NCBI GenBank assembly: GCA_963717145.1
Contig: OY970325.1
Location: forward strand, 4,832,001-4,896,000
Origin: an uncultured Armatimonadetes bacterium
GTDB lineage: Bacteria > Armatimonadota > UBA5829 > DTJY01
Length of the DNA stretch: 64,000 nt
Reading direction: 5' to 3'
The notes under the pieces were generated by a model. It did no database searches, was not told the DNA's origin, and saw only the letters and a program-made list of their open reading frames with translations. The position numbers and the translations under genes were made by a program. This document shows, one piece after another, positions 48,286 through 56,440 of this stretch. Numbering within the stretch: the stretch's first letter is position 1; each line of letters opens with the position of its first letter.

Positions 48286-49311
48286 ATGAAACAAGTCTTC
48301 ATCGATGGCAGAGGGGATATCGTCGTGCGGGAGGTCGAGCCGCCTGAGATGGGCGAGAACGGCGTCCTCGTCGACACCGCCTACTCGGTCGTGAGCACCG
48401 GGACTGAGACGATGGGCATCAGGAGTCGGCGAAAGGACCCCAAGGCCGACCGGCCCGATCAGGCGACCGGGTACACCAACTCCGGCACGGTGATCGCGGT
48501 CGGGAAGAACGTCGAGAGTGAGTTCGCCGTGGGAGATCGGGTGGGGAACTACGGCGCTCCGTCTGCGTTCGGCGGGCACGTCGAGACCTGCTTCATCGGC
48601 CGAAACCTCGCCGTCAAGCTGCCCGAGAACGTGACACTCCAGGACGCCGCGTTCACCGGCCTCGGAGGGATTGCGATGCAGGCGGTCAGGCGCTCCGGCC
48701 TCACGTTCGGCGAAGTTGCCGTCGTCACAGGGCTCGGGGTGCTCGGCCAGATCATCGCGCGAATCTGCAAAGCGGTCGGGTACAAGACCATCGCCAGCGA
48801 CTTCCTCCCGGACCGCCTGAAGCTCGCCCAGAGCGCCGGGATTACCGCCATCAATGCTGCCGAGGATGTGATCTCGCATGCGAAGGACGCCTCCGACGGC
48901 CAGGGCGCCGATGCGGTGATCATCGTTGCCGCCACCGACTCCGCCGAGCCGATCACGCAGGCCCTGGACATGATCCGATTCGGGGGACGAATCGTCATGG
49001 TCGGCGTCACGAAGATGGAGATCGATCGCACGAAGTTCTTCGCGAAGGAAGCCGAGTTCGTCATCTCACGGGCCGCGGGTCCGGGCCGATACGACCCGAA
49101 CTACGAGCGTGAAGGCGTCGATATGCCGTATCCCTACGTCCGCTGGTCGGAGGGCCGCAACCTCCGCGAGTTCATCCGCATGCTCTCAGAGAAGCGAGTA
49201 CGGGTGGATGACCTCGTCAGCCACGAGTTCCCCGTGGAGCAGGCTGCGGACGCCTATGAGCAGATCCTCGAGCGCCCGAAGGAAACCCTCGGCGTTTTGT
49301 TGAAGTACTGA
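48286..49311 (+). CDS. Medium-chain (GroES/Rossmann) dehydrogenase
   Basis: S.VSTGTE, GY..SG.V, GLGVLGQ, ISR..GPGRYDP.YE..G.D.P..YVRW.E.RN. Confidence 0.85.
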   Translation: MKQVFIDGRGDIVVREVEPPEMGENGVLVDTAYSVVSTGTETMGIRSRRKDPKADRPDQATGYTNSGTVIAVGKNVESEFAVGDRVGNYGAPSAFGGHVETCFIGRNLAVKLPENVTLQDAAFTGLGGIAMQAVRRSGLTFGEVAVVTGLGVLGQIIARICKAVGYKTIASDFLPDRLKLAQSAGITAINAAEDVISHAKDASDGQGADAVIIVAATDSAEPITQALDMIRFGGRIVMVGVTKMEIDRTKFFAKEAEFVISRAAGPGRYDPNYEREGVDMPYPYVRWSEGRNLREFIRMLSEKRVRVDDLVSHEFPVEQAADAYEQILERPKETLGVLLKY

Positions 49312-49328
49312 CTTGCGCTGCCGATGAT

Positions 49329-49426
49329 GTCCCCCTTTAGAAGGGGGACCGGCCTCTGGGCCGAGGGGGTCTCCGTGTGCGAACCTCCCCCGGCCTGCTG
49401 GCCGGCCCCTCCTTCGTAAGGAGGGG
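49329..49426. repeat. Compound palindrome (CCCCT..AGGGG hairpins in inverted arrangement)
   Basis: TCCCCCTTTAGAAGGGGGA ... CCCCTCCTTCGTAAGGAGGGG with inner GGCC arms. Confidence 0.6.
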
Positions 49427-49462
49427 CGCAGACAGAGATGTCTCCCCGCCAAAGGTGAAAGT

Positions 49463-51910
49463 GTGCCCCTGACTAGGAAACTGCTAACCGTAATACTGCT
49501 GTCCCTGCTGGTCGCATCGAGCGCGTTCGCCGCCGAACAGCTCACCCTGAAGGTCTACAAGCTGCCCCTCAAGGAAGCCCGAAGCGTTCCGGACAAGGCG
49601 AACTGGGCGATCGTCCAACGGTTCATGGAGCTTCATCCCAACATCAAGTTGGAGGGCTTCCAGGGGATCACGGCCGCCGGGCTCGATATGGAGGTCGGAC
49701 CGCTCCTCGCGATGGCCGGTGGGGTCGCGCCTGATGTCCTCTACGTCAATTTCCGCATCTCCGACAGCTACATCCAGCAGCAGTTCCTCTATCCGCTCGA
49801 CGAGTACGTCGAGGAATGGGCGAAGGAAGAGGACCTCTCCGAGCACATCTACGGGCCGGTGTGGAAAGTCATCAAGCGCGAGGGCCACATCTGGGCGATC
49901 CCCTATCAGACCTACGTCATGGCGCTCCAGTATCGCAAAGACCTCTTTCGCGAGGCCGGGCTCGATCCCGACCACCCGCCGAAGGACTGGGATGAGCTGT
50001 ACGAGTATGCGCAGAAGCTGACCATTCCGGAGAAGGGTCAGTACGGGATGGCGATCTTCTCCGGACCGCATGCCGCGTGGTGGTGGATCGACTTCCTCTG
50101 GTCAGCCGGCGGTGAGGCGGTCGCCGAGGACAAGGATGGCAACTGGAAGGCGGTCTTCAACGACGAGGCCGCAGTCACAGCGCTGAAGTTCTACCAGAAG
50201 CTCGGGCGCGAGAAATGGAGCCGCGATGGCAAGACCTACACCGGCGTCGCATACCGGGATACCGACTATGCGAAGCTCTGGGCGCTCGGCAAGATCGGCA
50301 TCGTCTTCGGCTACATGAACGACCAGATGATGTCCGGCGTGAACCCGAACCTGATCGGAATCGCGCCGATGCCTCTCGGTCCGACGGGTAAGCGCGGGAA
50401 CGAGCTGAACTGCGCGATGATGGGGATCAACTCCCAGTGCAAGGACAAGCGCATCCGGGATGCCGCCTGGGAGTACATCAAGTTTTGGGCGAGCGATGAG
50501 GCGATCCGCGTGCGCTGCAAGGTCTACACCGAGTCGGGATTCGGCAAGTTCATCGCGCCGAAGTACCTCAAAAAGTATGGCTACACTCAATACCTCCGCC
50601 AGGTCCCGAAGGGCTGGGCCGAGACCCTCGAAGAGGCGCTCCGATCCGGCCGCCCGGAGCCTTACGGGCGCAACTGCGAGAACATCTACTCCGAGATGAC
50701 TCCTCCGCTCGACGCCGCGTGGCTCAAGGGCGATCTGAACCTCAAGCAGGAACTCGACAAGGCGGTCGCCCACTGCAACGAGAAACTCATGGGCGTGATC
50801 GACCCGAAGGTGCTAGAGTTCCGACGCCGGGTCGCGCTCGTTGTCGTCATAGTCCTGATGATCATGTTCACCCTTGTGTTCCGCCATGTCATCAAGAGCT
50901 TCACCCGCGACTACGAGTCAGGCCACGACAAGAAGCTGGACCGCGCGAAGAAGCCGTCGAGAGCCGTGATACGTCGCACGATTATCGCGTTCCTGCTGAT
51001 GGCCCCCGCGCTCATTTCCGTCGCTATCTGGGCATACTACCCGCTCGCGCGCGGCTCGCTCATGGCGTTCCAGGACTTCCGGATCATTGCGGGCACCAAG
51101 TGGGTCGGGCTCGACAACTTCAGCGAGGTGCTGTTCACGCCACAGGTCTGGAAGTCATTCATGAACAGCGTCATCTTCATGCTGCTCAGCCTCGGACTGG
51201 GATTCTGCGGGCCTATCATCCTCGCGCTCATCCTCCACGAGATCCCACGCGGCAAGATACTCTTCCGCACGCTGTATTATCTCCCGGCGGTCACGACCGG
51301 CCTGGTCATCATGTTCCTGTGGAAGTTCTTCTACAGCCCGAGTCCGGCCGGCCTGCTCAACCGCCTGCTCGCGAGCTTCAACGATCTGATCCTGGCGCAC
51401 ATCAACTCGGCGCTGGCGTGGCTTCACGTCCCGGCGCAGATACCCATGTTCAGCGCGCAGACCTGGCTAGGAGACCCGAAGCTGGCGATGCTCTGCGTGA
51501 TCATGCCGATCATCTGGGCGCACGTCGGGCCGGGATGCATCATCTACCTGGCGGCGCTGAAGGGCGTCCCGGAGGATGTCTACGAGGCGGCGGACCTCGA
51601 TGGCGCGGGTGTGCTGCACAAGATCTGGCATATCACGATCCCGTTCCTTCGCCCGCTGATCATCATCAACTTCGTCGGCGCATTCATCGCCGCATTCCGA
51701 TCGTTCGACTTCATATTCGTCATGACGGGCGGCGGCCCGATGTACTCCACACACGTCGCCGGGCTCGAAATCTGGTACAACGCGTTCCTGTACCTCAAGT
51801 TCGGCTATGCGGTTGCGATGGCGTGGCTGCTCGGCTCGCTCGTCGTCGGATTCACTGTGTTCCAGCTTAGGATTCTCTCCCGCCTGCAGTTCAAGACCGC
51901 GGGAGCGTAG
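49463..51910 (+). CDS. Fused sugar solute-binding protein + MalF-type ABC permease
   Basis: Signal peptide; APDV, YRKDLF.EAGLDP..PPKDWDEL (SBP_bac_1), then WVGLDNF and YEAADLDGAG (EAA loop). Confidence 0.9.
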   Translation: MPLTRKLLTVILLSLLVASSAFAAEQLTLKVYKLPLKEARSVPDKANWAIVQRFMELHPNIKLEGFQGITAAGLDMEVGPLLAMAGGVAPDVLYVNFRISDSYIQQQFLYPLDEYVEEWAKEEDLSEHIYGPVWKVIKREGHIWAIPYQTYVMALQYRKDLFREAGLDPDHPPKDWDELYEYAQKLTIPEKGQYGMAIFSGPHAAWWWIDFLWSAGGEAVAEDKDGNWKAVFNDEAAVTALKFYQKLGREKWSRDGKTYTGVAYRDTDYAKLWALGKIGIVFGYMNDQMMSGVNPNLIGIAPMPLGPTGKRGNELNCAMMGINSQCKDKRIRDAAWEYIKFWASDEAIRVRCKVYTESGFGKFIAPKYLKKYGYTQYLRQVPKGWAETLEEALRSGRPEPYGRNCENIYSEMTPPLDAAWLKGDLNLKQELDKAVAHCNEKLMGVIDPKVLEFRRRVALVVVIVLMIMFTLVFRHVIKSFTRDYESGHDKKLDRAKKPSRAVIRRTIIAFLLMAPALISVAIWAYYPLARGSLMAFQDFRIIAGTKWVGLDNFSEVLFTPQVWKSFMNSVIFMLLSLGLGFCGPIILALILHEIPRGKILFRTLYYLPAVTTGLVIMFLWKFFYSPSPAGLLNRLLASFNDLILAHINSALAWLHVPAQIPMFSAQTWLGDPKLAMLCVIMPIIWAHVGPGCIIYLAALKGVPEDVYEAADLDGAGVLHKIWHITIPFLRPLIIINFVGAFIAAFRSFDFIFVMTGGGPMYSTHVAGLEIWYNAFLYLKFGYAVAMAWLLGSLVVGFTVFQLRILSRLQFKTAGA

Positions 51911-51916
51911 GAGGAA

Positions 51917-51977
51917 TGGTTGATGGTTTATGGTTAATGGCGGACCGGCTCCCCACTAACCATGAACCATCAACCAT
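51917..51977. repeat. Heptamer (ATGGTTG/CAACCAT) tandem inverted repeat
   Basis: ATGGTTGATGGTTTATGGTTAATGG ... CCACTAACCATGAACCATCAACCAT. Confidence 0.75.
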
Positions 51978-51984
51978 AGGTTTG

Positions 51985-52082
51985 AGATGCTTCGGTAGCA
52001 GAGGCCTGGCGGCGCTGCCGAAGCCCTTCTGATCTAGTCGATGCTTCGGCAGCGCCGCCAGGCCTCTGCTACCGAAGCATCT
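51985..52082. repeat. REPIN-like inverted repeat with self-palindromic arms
   Basis: 40-bp perfect arms; each arm GCTTCGG(T/C)AGC...GCT(G/A)CCGAAGC. Confidence 0.85.
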
Positions 52083-52096
52083 GGGTTGGGTTTCCC

Positions 52097-53949
52097 ATGC
52101 CAATTATCTCCGTCATCGGTCGAAAACAGAGGAAGGTCCGGGTGCTCATCGCCGCGCTGTACGTCATATTGACGCTCGGCGCGCTGACGATGGTCTACCC
52201 GTTTCTGCTGATGGTCTCGACCTCGTTCACCAGTCCGGTCGATCAGAACGAGTTCAAGGTCGTCCCGCGCTACTTCTACGACGAGGCGAGCCTCTACCGC
52301 AAGTACGTCGAGGCGAAGTACGACGAGGACATCGTCTATTACAACATCGCATTGGGCACGGACCTTGCGACGTTCGAGGAACTCGAGCCGCCTGAGGGGA
52401 TCAACCGCCGGTTCGTCGCTGAATGGCGCGAGTTCAAGGGCACTCTCCCGCTCGACTACACGACTCTGGCGCACTCCAACTCCCTCTCGAAGCTCACGCC
52501 GGAGATGCTGGTCGACTACCGGGCGTTCCTGAGGAAGAAGTTCCGCGGCGACCTCGACAAGCTCAACAAGGACTACAAGGAAGCCAACGAGACCTGGCTC
52601 GAACCCGGGATGCCGATCGAGGACTGGACGATGCGCAACTTCAGCCCCGAGCGCACGCCGAAGTACCGCGACTTCCTGGTGTTCAAGGCCGCCCGGCCCG
52701 TGCGCTACCTGACGACTGTGTCGGTGGACGGCCTCTTCCAGGACTACCTGCGCCTCACGTGCGGCAAGCTCGATGCGATCAACAGGGGGCTCGGGCTCGC
52801 GTGTGCGAACCGGGCGGATGTCCATATGCCCGCACGAAAGCCCGGCGGACCGTTCGGCCCGATCTGGGAGGAGTACATCCGCAAGGAGTGCCCGGTCCAT
52901 TTCGTCCATATCGATCCGGGTGCGACGGACGACTACGATGCCTTTATCAAGCGGAAGTATGTGGATTTCGCCGCATACAACCGTGCGTACAAGACGAACA
53001 TCGCCTCCTTCGCCGAGGTATCGTTCTCCCCGAGAGCGCCTGAAGCGGGCATGGCGCTCGTCGACTGGGTCGAGTTCCTGGAAGACGCCGCGCCGATCGA
53101 GATGGTCGAGTTGCGGAGTCCCGAGGTCCTGTTCCGCCAACATGTGGCGAGGAAATACGGCTCGCCCGACCGGATGAACGAGGCGCTTGGGTTGAAGGTT
53201 GCGTCATTCGAGCAGGTGGCGCCTCCGTATGCCGAGAACAACCTGCTCGAACTGCGAGAGAACCGCGGCCCGATCCGGCGGGAGTTCATCTCCCGCAACT
53301 ACCGCGAGGTGCTGGAGTACATCGCGCTGCACGGACGGGCGCTCATGAACACGGCCATCCTGTGCCTCGGTATGGTGCTCGCGGTGCTGCTGGTCAATCC
53401 GCTCTGCGCCTATGCCCTTTCGCGGTTCAATCTGCGCTCGACGTACAAGATCCTGCTCTTCCTGCTCGCGACTATGGCCTTCCCGGCGGAGGTCTCGGCG
53501 ATCCCGAGCTTCCTGCTGATCAAGGACCTGCATCTGCTCGGCACATACTGGGCAATCATCCTTCCGGCGCTTGCGAGCGGGTACTCGGTCTTTCTGCTCA
53601 AGGGATTCTTCGACAGCTTGCCGACGGAGCTGTACGAAGCGGCGATGATCGATGGCGCGACCGAGATGCAGATGTACTGGAAGATCACGATCCAGCTATC
53701 GAAGCCGGTGCTCGCGGTCATCGCGCTCGGCACATTCACCGCGGCATACGGATCGTTCATGTGGGCGTTCCTCGTGCTGCAGAACCCGAAGATGTGGACG
53801 CTGATGGTCTGGCTCTATCAGATGCAGATCTGGCGCCGCAGTTCCTGGTCTACGCGGCCCTCGTGCTGACGGCGATCCCGACGCTTCTGGTCTTCATCTT
53901 CTGCCAAAACGTGATCATGCGAGGAATCATCATCCCCTCGGAGAAGTAA
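52097..53949 (+). CDS. MalG-type carbohydrate ABC permease with large extracytoplasmic insert; -1 frameshift at ~53832
   Basis: VYPFLLMVSTS, AYALSRF, FLLKGFF..LP.ELYEAAMIDGA; adding one G at 53832 gives ...MQIWAPQFLVYAALVL...FIFCQNVIMRGI. Confidence 0.88.
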
Positions 53950-53954
53950 GGCAT

Positions 53955-54056
53955 GGAACACAGATAACACAGATAGCGGAGGATGGGATAGATGAAATGC
54001 CGATTTTGATTCTGGACATCCGTTTCATCCTCTGCCATCTGTTTCATCTGTGTTCC
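53955..54056. repeat. Inverted oligomer repeat (ACACAGAT / ATCTGTGT)
   Basis: GGAACACAGATAACACAGATAGCGGAGGATG ... CATCCTCTGCCATCTGTTTCATCTGTGTTCC. Confidence 0.75.
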
Positions 54057-54067
54057 AAGGATATGCC

Positions 54068-55078
54068 ATGGACGTCGGTAAGCTTCCGCACAGACTGCTG
54101 GCTGAGATGCTCTCGAAGGTCGAACTCGATGGGCGAGTGATCGTCGGGCCGGGGATCGGCATCGACGCCGCCGTGATCGAGTTCGGCGACCGTCTGCTCG
54201 TCACCAAGACCGACCCGATCACCTTCGCTACCGACCTCATCGGTTGGTACGCCGTCAACATCAACGCCAACGACATCGCCTCGATGGGCGCGGATCCGAA
54301 GTGGTTCATGGCGACGATCCTGCTTCCGACGACCTGCGAGCCTTCGGATGTCGAGGCGATCTTCGACCAGATTACCTCCGCCTGTCGCGACCTGGGGATC
54401 ACTCTCGTCGGCGGCCACACGGAGATCACCCACGACCTGGATCGGCCGATCGTCGTCGGATGCATGCTCGGCGAGACCGACCGCTCCCGGCTCGTGACCG
54501 CGAGCGGCGCCGGGGTGGGGGACGACATCTTCCTGACGAAGGGGATCGCGGTCGAGGGCACGTCGCTCCTCGCGCGTGAGGCCGGCGACCGGCTGAGGGA
54601 GATGGGGTTCACGCCCGAGTTCCTCGATCGGTGCGCGAAACTACTGTTCGAGCCGGGGGTCAGCGTCGTGAGGGATGCTCGGATCGCGACTGAGGCGGTC
54701 ACGGTGAACTCGATGCACGACCCAACCGAGGGCGGGCTGGCGACCGGGCTGATGGAGATCGCGGAGGCGTCCGGCCTGGGATTGGAGGTCGATCGGGAGG
54801 CGATCCCGGTCCTGCCGGAGACTCAATCGCTCTGCCGGGAGTTGGGGCTCGACCCGCTCGGGCTGATCGCGTCCGGCTCGCTGCTCCTGACCGTCTCCCC
54901 GGCGGATACCCCTCGACTGCTCGAGGCATTCGGCCAGGCGGGAATCACTGCCAACGTCATCGGTCGCATGATGCCCCGCGACCACGGCCTCAAGATGCGC
55001 ACGTCCGCAGGCGTGATCGACCTGCCCTCGTTCCCACGGGATGAGATCGCGCGGTTCTTCGACGAGCAAGCGCTGTAG
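54068..55078 (+). CDS. AIR synthase-related (HypE/PurM-like) protein
   Basis: GKLP, GPGIGIDAAV, DPITFA, NANDIA.MGA, GGHTE, MHDPTEGG. Confidence 0.85.
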   Translation: MDVGKLPHRLLAEMLSKVELDGRVIVGPGIGIDAAVIEFGDRLLVTKTDPITFATDLIGWYAVNINANDIASMGADPKWFMATILLPTTCEPSDVEAIFDQITSACRDLGITLVGGHTEITHDLDRPIVVGCMLGETDRSRLVTASGAGVGDDIFLTKGIAVEGTSLLAREAGDRLREMGFTPEFLDRCAKLLFEPGVSVVRDARIATEAVTVNSMHDPTEGGLATGLMEIAEASGLGLEVDREAIPVLPETQSLCRELGLDPLGLIASGSLLLTVSPADTPRLLEAFGQAGITANVIGRMMPRDHGLKMRTSAGVIDLPSFPRDEIARFFDEQAL

Positions 55079-55136
55079 AGGCGTGCCTTGTGCCGCCCGG
55101 CGCTGTGGTATCGGGCGGCACAAGGCACGCCCCTAC
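55075..55136. repeat. REPIN-like inverted repeat, GTAGGGGCGTGCC family (copy 2); contains both convergent stop codons
   Basis: TAG 55076-55078 (+) and CTA 55133-55135 (-) both lie in the GTAG ends. Confidence 0.85.
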
Positions 55137-56323
55137 AGCCCCTTATCTCTTACCGCTTCCACCTCGGCAGTCGCACGGCTCGGCATCAGGGTGAAGTGGC
55201 ACTGGCCTGCGCCGACCGCCATCGGGGTGAATGCCTTCGCCTGCGACGTGTACCCGGGCGCAGAGGCGATCAGCACATACGGCCTGGGATCGAGTTCCGA
55301 GAGCAGGAACCTCCCCGCTGCGTCCGATATCGAGCGCGCGGCCTCGTCCTTAGAATCCACCTTCACCTCGGCGCCCTGGAGCGGCAGCCCTGTCGAGACG
55401 TCGATCACCGTTCCCGAGATGCTGATCGCGGGCGGCTTGACCGTCGTCCCTGCCCCAATCCCGTTCGCCTGGAAGGGGACGGCAGGCAACTGGGTCGCGC
55501 AGGACGGGCAGAACACCCAATCCGGACGGATCGGCGACTGGCATTTCGGGCACGTCGCCTCTGCCTCGGAGCCGCAGAATGGGCAGCGCTTCAGCCCGAC
55601 AGGAAGGTCCGCGCCGCACTTCGGGCACGCCCGCGGATCGGGGTAGCGGATCACCAGGTAGGTCACGAGCCCGACGACGTTCGTCAGGAGTGTAAGAAGT
55701 GCCCACGGGATCGGCTCCATCCGCCGCCAGGATGCGTCGAGATATACCCACCAGGGTACCAGTATCCAGTAACCAGCGAAGGAGAGCACGAGGAAGAACG
55801 CGACGAACCCCATTCCGGTATCCGCAAAGAGCATGCCGAACAGGGAAGTCACACCGAGAGCGATTGCAATGGCCCTGGTCGTGTTCTTGGCTTGCTCTAC
55901 CGGTGCTCGCATGAGCGAATCCGCCAGGCTCGTGTACGCTCGGTTGAGGGCATTGGTCACCCGTCCCGTCATGTGCCGCGTCCCACAGATTGGGCACGCC
56001 TGAGCCGTACTCAGCAATCGGTTACCGCACTGAGTGCAGATGGCTGCGGTTGGCTCCGCCGTCAGTACATAGACCAATAGGGCGAGGGGTGCTGCGGCGA
56101 GACCGAAGACCGTCCATGCGACGACCCTGCGTCCGCACTGAGACGCATCCACCGCAATCCATGTCGCTGTCAGAATCCAGCCCACCACTATGAGGAACGG
56201 GCCCATCCCATCGCCGGCGTCAGGTAGTGTCACTGCCGTGATGAGCCCGAGCACCCATGCGGCAATCGCGATGGTCCCGAGTATCGCCTTCCGGCGCAGC
56301 ATAGTCAATTCATGTTCATTCAT
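55133..56323 (-). CDS. Membrane protein with zinc ribbons and a carboxypeptidase-regulatory-like Ig domain
   Basis: Two TM blocks ending W..DA..R...W...YL, CxxC pairs, C-terminal ISGTVID..TG.PL.GA.V. Confidence 0.75.
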   Translation of the reverse strand: MNEHELTMLRRKAILGTIAIAAWVLGLITAVTLPDAGDGMGPFLIVVGWILTATWIAVDASQCGRRVVAWTVFGLAAAPLALLVYVLTAEPTAAICTQCGNRLLSTAQACPICGTRHMTGRVTNALNRAYTSLADSLMRAPVEQAKNTTRAIAIALGVTSLFGMLFADTGMGFVAFFLVLSFAGYWILVPWWVYLDASWRRMEPIPWALLTLLTNVVGLVTYLVIRYPDPRACPKCGADLPVGLKRCPFCGSEAEATCPKCQSPIRPDWVFCPSCATQLPAVPFQANGIGAGTTVKPPAISISGTVIDVSTGLPLQGAEVKVDSKDEAARSISDAAGRFLLSELDPRPYVLIASAPGYTSQAKAFTPMAVGAGQCHFTLMPSRATAEVEAVRDKGL

Positions 56324-56359
56324 CGGTGTATCCTATGGCATCCGTCGCGGATTGGGCCC

Positions 56360-56440
56360 GTAGCCTAGCCCCTTGTGGGCGTTCGTCTCCCCGTAGCCTG
56401 GGGCTTCATGCCCGTTCGGCGCCCACAAGGGGTAGGCTAC
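56360..56440. repeat. REP-like inverted repeat, GTAGCCTA family; contains the stop codon of the upstream gene
   Basis: GTAGCCTAGCCCCTTGTGGGCG ... CGCCCACAAGGGGTAGGCTAC, with an internal GTAGCCTGGGGC..GCCC. Confidence 0.7.

Noticed and set aside
53831-53869. Programmed ribosomal frameshifting at the four broken genes
   Set aside because: No X XXY YYZ slippery sites or stimulatory structures seen, and these families are not known for it
54068-55078. Calling this hypE / hydrogenase maturation
   Set aside because: No other hyp or hydrogenase genes nearby and no C-terminal PRIC motif
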